NCBI GenBank assembly: GCA_945828315.1
Contig: CALZQA010000004.1
Coordinates: forward strand, 1,582 to 65,581
Direction of reading: 5' to 3'
Length of the DNA stretch: 64,000 nt
Source of the DNA: an uncultured bacterium
Lineage (GTDB): Bacteria > Bacillota > Clostridia > Lachnospirales > Lachnospiraceae
The position numbers and the translations under genes are program-made. Below, piece by piece: positions 10,118 to 19,607 of the stretch (position 1 is the stretch's first letter; each line of letters begins with the position of its first letter). Below the pieces are notes generated by a model. It ran no database searches. It saw only the letters and a list, made by a program, of their open reading frames with translations, and was not told where the DNA came from.

Positions 10118-11125
10118 TTAATTATGCAGCGCAAGTACCGCCAGCGTCATGCCGCTCTCTACCCGTTTCGACAGCAGCGAAAAATCCTCAAACCTGCTTT
10201 CCGGCGGCAGCCAGCCCTCACAGACTGCTGCGCAAAGGGCGCTCCGCTCACATACATTATCAACTCCAACCATCTGCTGCACAAATTCAGAAACTTGAAA
10301 ATCTCCCTGCTGCGCCGCAAGCTGCTCAGCGGAATAGGTAAGAAATGGCACACCGAGCCGCTTTGAAAATGTGACCAGTCCTTCTTCCTCCTTTTTTGCA
10401 TTAATGGATGCCACCGCACGGATGCGGTAGAGTGACCAGCCATTTATATCAAAAGTATCTGACACAAACCGGTGAAGATCATCTTCCGACGTACCGCTTC
10501 TACAGCCCATGCCAAGGACCAGATCCTGAGGCACGAGATGCAGCGTATGCGCAAACGGCTGTCCGACAGGTTTCCCTGAGATCACAAAACCGCACTCCGG
10601 AGTGAGTGCTCCGATAGGTTTTCCCTCCAAAAGCGCACCAGAAAGATGCTTGATCTCATCCTTTTCCACAATGGACAGGTGCTCCTGTCTGGCAAATGTA
10701 TCCACGGAAAACACATCATGGATATCCGTGGCAGTTGTAATGACCGGGACCGCGGAAATCGCCATGCCAAGCAGGCGCGCAAGCTCATTGGCACCTCCCG
10801 CATGGCCGCTGAGCAGCGGTATGACAAACTGTCCGCACTCATCGACCACAAGCACTGCCGGATCTGTCAGCTTGCTTCGCACATAAGGTGCGACCGCCCG
10901 CACCGCGATACCTGTCGCTCCTACAAACACCAGCGCATCGACATGCAAAATGAGCTTTTCCATCTCCTCTGCCAAAGCGGAAAAGCTCTCCCAGTCTTCC
11001 GATGCAAGACGTTCAGGCGCGCATTTTTTCACCCTGCTGCCCGACGCCTCCACCGATCCGGCGATTTTTTCACCTGTTATGATGCCCTGCCGGCTGAAGG
11101 CAAAGACCGCGACCGTTTTATGCAT
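10118..11125 (-). CDS. cbiG: cobalt-precorrin-5A hydrolase CbiG (full length: N, middle and C domains)
   Basis: Start at MHKTVAVFAF (ATG 11123-11125), overlapping the upstream stop by 8 nt. CbiG_N signature LVFVGATGIAVRAVAPYVRSKLTDPAVLVVDECGQFVIPLLSGHAGGANELARLL...VPVITTATD. CbiG_C signature LVPQDLVLGMGCRSGTS...VGVDNVCERSAL. Confidence 0.8.
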   Translation of the reverse strand: MHKTVAVFAFSRQGIITGEKIAGSVEASGSRVKKCAPERLASEDWESFSALAEEMEKLILHVDALVFVGATGIAVRAVAPYVRSKLTDPAVLVVDECGQFVIPLLSGHAGGANELARLLGMAISAVPVITTATDIHDVFSVDTFARQEHLSIVEKDEIKHLSGALLEGKPIGALTPECGFVISGKPVGQPFAHTLHLVPQDLVLGMGCRSGTSEDDLHRFVSDTFDINGWSLYRIRAVASINAKKEEEGLVTFSKRLGVPFLTYSAEQLAAQQGDFQVSEFVQQMVGVDNVCERSALCAAVCEGWLPPESRFEDFSLLSKRVESGMTLAVLALHN

Positions 11126-11885
11126 GATTCTTGCCCTTTTGCTTCTCAAAGAAATCATCGATCGCCTGTATGATCTTTGCAGGCTCCAGCGTCTTCAACA
11201 GATATCCGTCCGGCTTCAGGGACATGACCTGAAGCACGCTCTCCTTGTCATCCTTGCTCGTAAGGAAGATCACCGGCATATCGGCAAACTCCTTTTCCGC
11301 GCGTATCATGCCAAGTACCTGCTTACCGTCCACGATGGGCATTTCGTAGTCCAAAAGAACCAGATCCGGACGATCCGTCGCCAGATATTTGATGGCCATG
11401 GCTCCGGAATTTGCAAGGACCACCTGATAATGGTCCTCCAGCCAGCCTTTCACATTGCGCAGCATCGCACCGGAATCATCCACAACAAGGATCTTCTTTT
11501 TCGTCTGAAAGCCGAACTTCTGTACATAGTGATCAATAGATTCTACCATGCTGTTGACGTTCAAAGGGCGCATAAACTTCTGACGAACAATATGAGAACC
11601 GACAGAGGACTCAATCTCCTGCAGTTCATCACCACTGCCCGTCGCAAACACCGGAATATCATGCTCCGAAGCCCAATCTTTCACAAAGACAAGCGCCGGT
11701 TTCTTCTCTATGAGTTGTTCATCCCCATAGATCAATATCGCACAGATGTCCTCCTCTGTCTTGCTGATCTCATCCGTGTCCGCTTTTACACTCGTGACAA
11801 AATAGCCCGCTTCCTCAAACTTCTCCTTCAGGCTCAACATCAGATAACCCTGGGTCTGCGTTATGATCAAAATTTTCTTTAACAT
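11118..11885 (-). CDS. response regulator without output domain (degenerate N-terminal receiver plus canonical receiver)
   Basis: Start at MLKKILII with AGGAGG upstream, 1 nt after the HK stop. The C-terminal half is a classic REC domain (KKILVVDDSGAML...DLVLLDYEMPIVDG...PVIFLTSK...GYLLK). The N-terminal half has a REC-like fold pattern but lacks the DD pair. No DNA-binding or enzymatic domain. Confidence 0.8.
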   Translation of the reverse strand: MLKKILIITQTQGYLMLSLKEKFEEAGYFVTSVKADTDEISKTEEDICAILIYGDEQLIEKKPALVFVKDWASEHDIPVFATGSGDELQEIESSVGSHIVRQKFMRPLNVNSMVESIDHYVQKFGFQTKKKILVVDDSGAMLRNVKGWLEDHYQVVLANSGAMAIKYLATDRPDLVLLDYEMPIVDGKQVLGMIRAEKEFADMPVIFLTSKDDKESVLQVMSLKPDGYLLKTLEPAKIIQAIDDFFEKQKGKNHA

Positions 11886-14800
11886 TGCGATTCCTCCTTC
11901 TCCAGTATCGCACAAATTTCATCTGTCAGCTCCATTACTTCCATCAACGCTACATCCGCCAGATATACCCGTAATGTCTCTACCTTTTCCTGACAGGCAT
12001 CCGGTATCCTGCAGCTCTCCAGCTTTTTCATTGCTGCATCTGCGCCGTCCAGATCAAAGGCATCCGCCGCGTCATGGATCGCCTGCACGATCTCCCGCAG
12101 CTGTCCGGGCGTACATTCCTCCAACGTCTCATTCTGTACTCTGGCAAAGGGTTCCAGGATCGGCTTGTAGCTGCGATATACCTCAAGAAGTCCCGGCGTT
12201 TCCTCGCGGATCGTATCCACATCTCCCGCATTTCCGCAGTTTTCCATGCGGTGGAACCACTCGGAAAGTTCTTTATCTCCGATCATGCGCGCAGTATTTT
12301 TCAACGCATGCACCTCGATCGTATAATCACGGATCAGTCCGTCCGCCACACACTGTTCGATCTTGTTCGACTTCATGTCGATCAGCTTGTAAAAATCTCC
12401 CAGCAGCTCCTCCCAAAGTTTTTCTGTTCCGCAGCAGCGAATGCCCTCTGCCTTATCGATATTTCCGAGCTTCTGCTCCGCAGGCTGTATCGTCTGTGCC
12501 GCGTCAGGCAAATTCTCCGCAGCATTCTTCTCACGCCCGCCTGTACTTGTTTTCAGGGCACAGCTGTGCTGTATCAGCGCACGGGGCAGCCAATGCTTGA
12601 TCTTACTGCAGATATCGTTCATCTCAATGGGCTTTGCCACAAAATCATCCATGCCTGCCGTCTTAAACTTTTCCCTCGCATCCATCAACGCATTCGCAGT
12701 CAGCGCAATGATAGGCACATTTTTATAGTATTCATCATCCATGGCTCGTATGCGCTCCGTCGTCTCGATACCATCCATCACAGGCATCATATGATCCATA
12801 AAAATGATGTGATACTGTTTTTGACGCACAAGCTGCAGCGCACGTTTGCCGCTGTCTGCCGTATCGATCTGCATCTTTAACGGTTCCAGAAGTCCAACCG
12901 CTACCTTCAGATTCATCTCATTGTCATCCACGATCAGGATCTTTGCTTCCGGTGCCGTGAAATTGACATACTCTTCACCGTCACAACCACTCACCATCTG
13001 CTCATGGTTCAGGATCTGGCAGAAATTCAATGTGTACAAAGGCTTGTTAACCTTCTTTGACATTATCCGGCTGCTCTCCTCCAGCAGCGGATTGATGAGC
13101 ACGCAGATCTCGCCCAGCGCAGCCTCCCGCTCATCGGAGATGGTGCTTAAGATCTCCTCGCCCTCCGCATCCGTAAAGAAGAAGTCCACCGGCTCCTCCG
13201 GCAGATTGCTGGCGGCATTTTCCACATATGCAACATCAAACCGTCCGCAGAGATCCCGCAGATGATCCGTCAGTACTGCTTCCCGGAAATATCCTCCAAC
13301 GCGCACAACGCGCTGTGTCTCTTCACGCAACTGGGCTGCCGGTTCATCCTGTCCATGATGCTGATGAATGTTAAAGTAGAATTCACTGCCCTCACCGTAA
13401 ACACTGCGTACGCCGATCGTTCCTCCCATCATCTCCACCAGCTGCTTTGAGATGGAAAGTCCGAGGCCGGTGCCCTCTTTATTATGATTCTTCTTGCTGT
13501 CAACCTGTGAGAAGGACGCAAACAACTTGTCCATATCCTCCTCTCGGATGCCCTGACCGGTATCTTTCACAGAGATCAGAAGTTCCACATCATTATCCGT
13601 CACCTCTCCCAGCGCGATTTTCAGACGCACAAAGCCCTCATCGGTAAACTTGATCGCATTGTTCACAAGATTGATGATGATCTGGCGGATGCGCAGCGCA
13701 TCACCGCACAGGGAATGCGGCAATTTTTCATCAATGTCAAAGATCATCTCCACATGCTTTTCTCCCACACGGGTCAAAAAGATCATGCCCAGATCGCTGA
13801 GCATCGACATTGGCTCATACTCCCCCTCCACCAGTTCTAGCTTTCCGGACTCGATCTTTGAAAAGTCCAGAATATCATTGATAATGCCAAGAAGTGCATT
13901 TCCGGAATTTTTAATATTTTTCAGATAGCTCACATCCTGCGCCGGCAGATCCTCGCGAAGCAGGATCTCCGTCATACCCACGATGGCATTCATCGGCGTG
14001 CGGATCTCATGGGACATATTGGAGACAAACATGGATTTTGCCTGATTTGCCTCCTCCGCCTGCTGCTTCAGCGCCTTCATGATCTCAGCCTGCTCAGTGG
14101 CATTTTTGATATAATAATAGCTCTCTGTAATGTCATTGAGCACATACAGCTTTCCAAAGTAGGTATTGCCCTCCGTCAGCAGACGGCTGATCACCTCGTA
14201 GACGCGGTGATCCCGCTCCAGATTCTTCTTATCAATGATGCATGTGTCCAGCTCATTCCAGATCTCCTCGTGTTTACTGTAGACAGTGAAATCAAACAAT
14301 TCCTCTGCCTTTCTATTGTGATAGATCAGCTGATTGTCACTATCCAGCACGATCAGCGCATCCGTCTGCTCATCCACCGCCATATCCTTTGCCATGGACA
14401 ACGTGTTCAAAAGATGATCCTTGATCATTGCCGATGACAAGAGCAGGGTACTGATCAGATAGCCCAGCAAAGTGGAATCATAACCATAGGTCTTTCCGCT
14501 TATAAACAGCGCAAAGCTCGCGATCATCACCAACATTACAAGTGCCAGCTTGGAAGCCTGTCTGCGCTGGTGTTCACTCGTCAAACGCACATAACGCCGT
14601 GCGCACACCACAAACATGATGACCAGATAGATGACCACCGAACCATTGTAGATCACATACATTGGACCATGCCCCAGTACCAGATGCGGAAACAGTCCCG
14701 TATCCACAAATGTGTAACTGCTGTAATAAAGCCCCTGATATTCGCATGTCAACACCAGAACAGTGATGAACAGGTGAAAAAATGCCAATATCTCTTTCAA

Positions 14801-15082
14801 ACGCTTCGGCACATTGATCCTGCAGTATTCCATAACAAACAGAAACATCAGCAGCACGATAAAGGGTTTTCCGAAATAAATGAACTGCACCGCCCGCAGC
14901 GCCTCGCGTTCTGTCTGTGCTGTCATCTCAAACAAATAACCGACAAAATTTACAAGTTCTGCCACCAAAAGTGCCAGCATGATCACCTGCTGTTTGGTTG
15001 CCCGCTGCTTCAGCACATGGATCAGTGTCAGCAGCAACACTCCGATCCCGATATACTGTACTCCCAGTAAAACTGTATACAT
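11879..15082 (-). CDS. hybrid sensor histidine kinase (7TM - PAS-like - HisKA - HATPase - pseudo-REC - REC - Hpt)
   Basis: GGAGGAG SD. About 7 N-terminal TM helices. H-box SHEIRTPMNAIVGM. ATPase boxes DTGQGI and GTGLGLSISKQL. Receiver ILIVDDNEMN...IIFMDHMMPVMDG...IIALTANA. C-terminal Hpt with HALKNTARMIG. Confidence 0.85.
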   Translation of the reverse strand: MYTVLLGVQYIGIGVLLLTLIHVLKQRATKQQVIMLALLVAELVNFVGYLFEMTAQTEREALRAVQFIYFGKPFIVLLMFLFVMEYCRINVPKRLKEILAFFHLFITVLVLTCEYQGLYYSSYTFVDTGLFPHLVLGHGPMYVIYNGSVVIYLVIMFVVCARRYVRLTSEHQRRQASKLALVMLVMIASFALFISGKTYGYDSTLLGYLISTLLLSSAMIKDHLLNTLSMAKDMAVDEQTDALIVLDSDNQLIYHNRKAEELFDFTVYSKHEEIWNELDTCIIDKKNLERDHRVYEVISRLLTEGNTYFGKLYVLNDITESYYYIKNATEQAEIMKALKQQAEEANQAKSMFVSNMSHEIRTPMNAIVGMTEILLREDLPAQDVSYLKNIKNSGNALLGIINDILDFSKIESGKLELVEGEYEPMSMLSDLGMIFLTRVGEKHVEMIFDIDEKLPHSLCGDALRIRQIIINLVNNAIKFTDEGFVRLKIALGEVTDNDVELLISVKDTGQGIREEDMDKLFASFSQVDSKKNHNKEGTGLGLSISKQLVEMMGGTIGVRSVYGEGSEFYFNIHQHHGQDEPAAQLREETQRVVRVGGYFREAVLTDHLRDLCGRFDVAYVENAASNLPEEPVDFFFTDAEGEEILSTISDEREAALGEICVLINPLLEESSRIMSKKVNKPLYTLNFCQILNHEQMVSGCDGEEYVNFTAPEAKILIVDDNEMNLKVAVGLLEPLKMQIDTADSGKRALQLVRQKQYHIIFMDHMMPVMDGIETTERIRAMDDEYYKNVPIIALTANALMDAREKFKTAGMDDFVAKPIEMNDICSKIKHWLPRALIQHSCALKTSTGGREKNAAENLPDAAQTIQPAEQKLGNIDKAEGIRCCGTEKLWEELLGDFYKLIDMKSNKIEQCVADGLIRDYTIEVHALKNTARMIGDKELSEWFHRMENCGNAGDVDTIREETPGLLEVYRSYKPILEPFARVQNETLEECTPGQLREIVQAIHDAADAFDLDGADAAMKKLESCRIPDACQEKVETLRVYLADVALMEVMELTDEICAILEKEESQC

Positions 15083-15109
15083 TGCATCTCCTCCCCGCGC
15101 AACATCCCG

Positions 15110-17173
15110 CTATGCGTCCGCCGCTACCCGTGCTTCAAACTCCTCCACCGGCATAGGTTTTGCAAAATAATATCCCTGTATCATATCGCAGCCCAAACCC
15201 GCCAGAAAATCCACCTGCTCACGCTGCTCGATCCCTTCCGCAACCACGCGGATATCCAGTTCCCTCGCCAGACCGATAGTCTCACGGATGATGATCGCTC
15301 TGCGTCCCATCTCGTCCTCTCCGCGAAAAAAATCACCGTCCAGCTTTAATACATCCAGCGGAATATCCTTCAGGGAATTCAGTGAAGAATATCCGGCTCC
15401 GAAGTCATCCATCGAAATCGGGAAGCCGTATGCCCGCAGCTGCTTAACCGTGTCGATCAGCACTTCCTTATCATCAAAGAAAGCGCTCTCTGTCACCTCC
15501 AATTCGACCAGCGAATGTTTCGGTCCATAGCCGTCTACCAACTGACTGATATGCTCCGCCAACCCTTCCTGCGTGAAATGTGCACGGGAAATATTCACGG
15601 ATATGGGAACCGTTTTCTTGCCCTGCACCTTCCACTCCGCCTGCAGCTTTGCAATCTTTGAGAGCATGTAATCATCCAGCTTCATGATAAATCCGTTCTC
15701 CTCAAAGATTGGAATAAACCGCGACGGCGGGATCAGACCTTTCTGCGGACAAACCCAGCGTACCAGTGCCTCTGCGCCTACCAGACGTCTGTCTGTCGGC
15801 GTGTACTTCGGCTGTAGATAAACCTGAAATTCACCGGCAGAAAGTGCATTCTGCATATTGTCTTCCACCCACTGCTCCCAGCTCTGTTCCTCCAGCATCC
15901 GGTCGCTGAAAAAGAAGATCTGTTCCGCGTCCGTATGACTGCTCTTCTGTGCCGTATTTGCAAAATTGAACAATTGATCGACATCCACATTTTTTCTTTT
16001 TATAAACCGTTTGCCCGTTTCTGCCTCCACAGGTGGTATCATACATACGCCCGCATGAAAATGAAGCTTACGCTCCGGTTGAAGCCCGGCCAGCTCTGCC
16101 AGCAGGGAACGCAGTCTGAGATAGCAGTAATTCCTGCACTGCTCCTCGTTGTCACCCTCGCACTGGAAGATCAACGCAAAATCCGCCCTGCTGTGGTGTC
16201 CGAACACTTCCTTTCGCTTCATGCGCGCGCGCAGAAAACCGTCCATACATTCCAGTAATTCTTCCCCCTGACTGCTTCCATAGCAGGAGAGGTAATTTGT
16301 ATATCGCTCCATATGAAGATTGACCATCGCATAGGTTTTCCTGCTGTTCCAGACACTTCCCAGCATTTTTGCCGCATAGCCCTGAAAAAAGATCCAGTTG
16401 TTTCCTCCGGTCACCGGATCCATGTAGAGTACCTTTGTGATGCGCCGCTGCATACGGATATTCAGGATCGTATTGATAAATAGAAAGATCAACGGGATCA
16501 ACAGCAGGATCAGAGCGACTCCGCCCAATGCCATAATATAAATGACATCCTGACGCAGGATCTCAAGCGTGCATTTGATATAAAGCTTTTTGCCATTCAG
16601 ACTCACCGGCACATACATCCAGAACTGCTGCTCAACGATCGATTCCTGCAGCCAGCGGCTCCGCATGGTGTTACCGCCATGTCCCATGGGTGCCCGGTCA
16701 AACGCACGGTCTGCCAGCTCCGGCACATGAAAATCAAAGATGTCCTCAATATCATCCAGCGCTTCCTGACCGTAATCCCACTTGCTGTCTTTGTAGATCC
16801 TGCAGCGCTCGCCCAGCGTCCACTCAAAGCCCTGGTCGAAGAGCGGCGCACTGTCTCCGGTAGAAGCCACCCGATTTCCCACACTATCCGTCACATAGAT
16901 ATCACTGGGATCTCTGCGGTAATGATCAACATGATCCAGGCCATAGGCAATACTCTCCCCATCCTGTACAGCGCGCTCCATCATGATCCCTGTATCCATC
17001 GCCTGCTCGTACAGGCCTGTCAGCTTAGATCCGATAATATAGGTGGCAAACAGATCGATTCCCGCAAAAACGATCGTGAAGCTCACGATCAAAAACGCCA
17101 GAAATAAAACGATCGAGGGCCAAAAACTCTTTCTTTTTAATTTTTTGAGTGTTTTTTCTTTTATCTTTGCCAT
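15110..17173 (-). CDS. membrane c-di-GMP phosphodiesterase (degenerate GGDEF plus intact EAL)
   Basis: Two TM segments flank an extracytoplasmic loop of about 170 aa. The GGDEF position reads HHSRADFALIF (degenerate). EAL motifs are intact: EALVRW, ELEVTES, DDFGAGYSSL, KLDGDF, AEGIE, QGYYFAKP. Confidence 0.8.
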   Translation of the reverse strand: MAKIKEKTLKKLKRKSFWPSIVLFLAFLIVSFTIVFAGIDLFATYIIGSKLTGLYEQAMDTGIMMERAVQDGESIAYGLDHVDHYRRDPSDIYVTDSVGNRVASTGDSAPLFDQGFEWTLGERCRIYKDSKWDYGQEALDDIEDIFDFHVPELADRAFDRAPMGHGGNTMRSRWLQESIVEQQFWMYVPVSLNGKKLYIKCTLEILRQDVIYIMALGGVALILLLIPLIFLFINTILNIRMQRRITKVLYMDPVTGGNNWIFFQGYAAKMLGSVWNSRKTYAMVNLHMERYTNYLSCYGSSQGEELLECMDGFLRARMKRKEVFGHHSRADFALIFQCEGDNEEQCRNYCYLRLRSLLAELAGLQPERKLHFHAGVCMIPPVEAETGKRFIKRKNVDVDQLFNFANTAQKSSHTDAEQIFFFSDRMLEEQSWEQWVEDNMQNALSAGEFQVYLQPKYTPTDRRLVGAEALVRWVCPQKGLIPPSRFIPIFEENGFIMKLDDYMLSKIAKLQAEWKVQGKKTVPISVNISRAHFTQEGLAEHISQLVDGYGPKHSLVELEVTESAFFDDKEVLIDTVKQLRAYGFPISMDDFGAGYSSLNSLKDIPLDVLKLDGDFFRGEDEMGRRAIIIRETIGLARELDIRVVAEGIEQREQVDFLAGLGCDMIQGYYFAKPMPVEEFEARVAADA

Positions 17174-17194
17174 ATCGGATCTACCTGCTTTATC

Positions 17195-18805
17195 TTATTT
17201 TGTAACCGTTACCTTTTTCGTCTTTGAATAGGGCGTGTAATAATAATTGCCATAAACGTCCACCTTATAGCCCCGCACCCGTATGTAGTAGATCTTTCCC
17301 TTTTTCAATCCGCTGATCGTGACTGAAGCGTTCTTCACCTTCGCAGATTTCTGATTACTGAAATCCTTTTTTGACGCATAACTGATCTCATATCCGGTGT
17401 AACTCTTCGTCGCTTTGAGCTTTACCTTGATCTTTTTGCCGGATACATTCGTCGCAGAGGATACACTCACACTGCCGCCGGCAATACGTACCGTAAAGAT
17501 CTCGTACGCACTGGGGATCCTTCCCTCTCCTGCCGTCATTGCCGTCACGACATACGTGCCGCCGCTCGTCAGCTCGATCGTCCCCTGATAGCGGTCGTCC
17601 GCCCCCGGATCCGTGCCGTCAAGCGTATAATAAATATCTCCTGCGTCAGCTGACATGGTTATGTTTACGCCTGCCGCTGTATCTTTGATCTCTGCCTGCG
17701 GCTGCGAAAGTCCCGGCATCAGCATCAGGCTGCCCGCAAACTCTGTATCTGCCGCCGGACAGATCCCTGTATAATAGCTATGCGGCACATGCGAACTGTT
17801 CTGATCCAGAGCTCTCATTTTCTGATCTGTGATATGAAAATATTTTGACCGGTCCCATGATGTGTCATTCCAGGTCACATCCACAACGTACCAGTGATCT
17901 CCGTAACGCACTTCATTCCACGCATGACCGGTACTTGTCACAGCAATACAGTCAATGCCGAAATAATTGCACAGCATCGAGTAAAGCTTCGTATAGCCTG
18001 CGCATACAGTCGCACCGGTCATAAGCGCACCGTATACAGACTGTGTATAATACGGGTCTGACTGGTCACTCAGCACATCATCACCGCTCATGTAAGACAG
18101 CTCGCTGCAGAGCAGCTCATGAATCTGTGCCTCCGTCTCATAAGTATAACCATTGTCAACGATCTGCGCCTGCAGCGTCTCCAGACGGACACGGACTTTT
18201 TCCGTCTCCTGCGCACGCCTGCTGCCGTTGGCAAAAGCATCATAAACACCCAGCGCACACATATCATTCGTTGCTGTGAATAAAATCGTGTTCAAAAAAT
18301 AATACTGGGGATTCGCATAAACAAAAATCGTCTGTACCTTTGTCACCTGCTCCTCAGTGAGTCCCAGACTGCTCACTTTCTTTGTCCCATAACGCATCAC
18401 CGTCTTGCCGCCACTTTTCACCTCATAGGCGGCAGCTGTTCCCGATGATGTCAAAAGTTCCCCGCAGGCAGCGTCCAGCCGTTCATACAACTGCTGCTCC
18501 TTTACAGACAGCTTGCTGTAATAATAATCGCTGCTGTAGCAGTCCCAATCATACTGCGCAAGCTCCGGCCGGATGCTCTGCAGCATCATTCCGCCGGTAC
18601 TTCCCTCCGAAATGACACTTATGACCGGCTCTGTGACAAATTCCATCACACCGCCTGTCGGCCGTTTCTGATCTGTCTCACACTGAGCGCCATACGCCAC
18701 ATCGGATATGCCCGGAAACAGGGCTGTCACCGTCAGCACGACAGCAAGCACACCGGCAAAAAATCTCATCTTCTTATTTTTCTGTTTCTTCTTATTACGA
18801 TACAT
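17195..18805 (-). CDS. secreted transglutaminase-like (Cys-His-Asp) protein with C-terminal CHB_HEX_C-like and Fn3-like domains
   Basis: AGGAG SD and a signal peptide. Core sequence GATVCAGYTKLYSMLCNYFGIDCIAVTSTGHAWNEVRYGDHWYVVDVTWND. Followed by GDIYYTLDGTDPG... (chitobiase C-terminal-like) and a terminal Fn3-like module. Confidence 0.7.
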   Translation of the reverse strand: MYRNKKKQKNKKMRFFAGVLAVVLTVTALFPGISDVAYGAQCETDQKRPTGGVMEFVTEPVISVISEGSTGGMMLQSIRPELAQYDWDCYSSDYYYSKLSVKEQQLYERLDAACGELLTSSGTAAAYEVKSGGKTVMRYGTKKVSSLGLTEEQVTKVQTIFVYANPQYYFLNTILFTATNDMCALGVYDAFANGSRRAQETEKVRVRLETLQAQIVDNGYTYETEAQIHELLCSELSYMSGDDVLSDQSDPYYTQSVYGALMTGATVCAGYTKLYSMLCNYFGIDCIAVTSTGHAWNEVRYGDHWYVVDVTWNDTSWDRSKYFHITDQKMRALDQNSSHVPHSYYTGICPAADTEFAGSLMLMPGLSQPQAEIKDTAAGVNITMSADAGDIYYTLDGTDPGADDRYQGTIELTSGGTYVVTAMTAGEGRIPSAYEIFTVRIAGGSVSVSSATNVSGKKIKVKLKATKSYTGYEISYASKKDFSNQKSAKVKNASVTISGLKKGKIYYIRVRGYKVDVYGNYYYTPYSKTKKVTVTK

Positions 18806-18806
18806 T

Positions 18807-19607
18807 TTAAATCTCCTGTTTTAACAACCGTCTGCACAGCTCCAGCTCCGCTTCCGTTGCCACGCTGTTCTCAAATCTGACCCTGCCCGGTTTCTCGGAC
18901 GGATTCAAAAGATCCGCTGCAGCAAGTCGCCTGCGCATTTCCCGTGCAGTTCCCTCACCGCCGTCAAAGATCGTCACCGCGTCTCCTACGATACTGCGGA
19001 TCATCTTTCGCGCAAAGGGATAATGGGTACATCCCAGCACGATGGAATCCAGCCCTTTATCCAGATACGGTCCCAGCAATTTCTGTAGAAAATCATGCAG
19101 CTGTTCACTATCCAGATCTCCCGCCTCAATGAACTCCATCAGTCCCGGACACGCGAGCGGATAGATTTCCGCCTTATCCTCGTAGCGGGCCATCAGCTGT
19201 CGGAACTTTTCCTGCTGCACAGTCATCGGTGTCGCCATGACAAGCACCCGCGGATGTTCTTTCTGCAGCGCAGCCGGCTTTAACGCCGGTTCAATACCAA
19301 CGATCGGCAGTTCCGAGTACATGCTGCGCATCAGACGCACCGCCGCGCTGGTGGCCGTATTGCACGCGACAACCAGGCCCTTTGCGCCCTGATCCAGCAA
19401 TACCCTGACATTCTCAAAGGTGAGCTGCCGCACCATTTCCAATGGCTTTGTTCCATAGGGTGCATTTTTGGAGTCCCCAAGATAAATATAGTTTTCACAG
19501 GGCATGACCCTGAGTAGTTCCTGCAGTACACTGATCCCGCCCACGCCGGAATCAAACACACCGATCGGCTGTTCTTTTCTCCTATCAATATCCATCATAG
19601 CACACAT
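18807..19607 (-). CDS. murI: glutamate racemase
   Basis: Motifs IGVFDSGVGGISVL, VVACNTATSAA and VLGCTHYPF. Start is ambiguous (ATG at 19607, 19598 or 19595). All candidates overlap the upstream GH25 gene and none has a clear SD. Confidence 0.9.
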   Translation of the reverse strand: MCAMMDIDRRKEQPIGVFDSGVGGISVLQELLRVMPCENYIYLGDSKNAPYGTKPLEMVRQLTFENVRVLLDQGAKGLVVACNTATSAAVRLMRSMYSELPIVGIEPALKPAALQKEHPRVLVMATPMTVQQEKFRQLMARYEDKAEIYPLACPGLMEFIEAGDLDSEQLHDFLQKLLGPYLDKGLDSIVLGCTHYPFARKMIRSIVGDAVTIFDGGEGTAREMRRRLAAADLLNPSEKPGRVRFENSVATEAELELCRRLLKQEI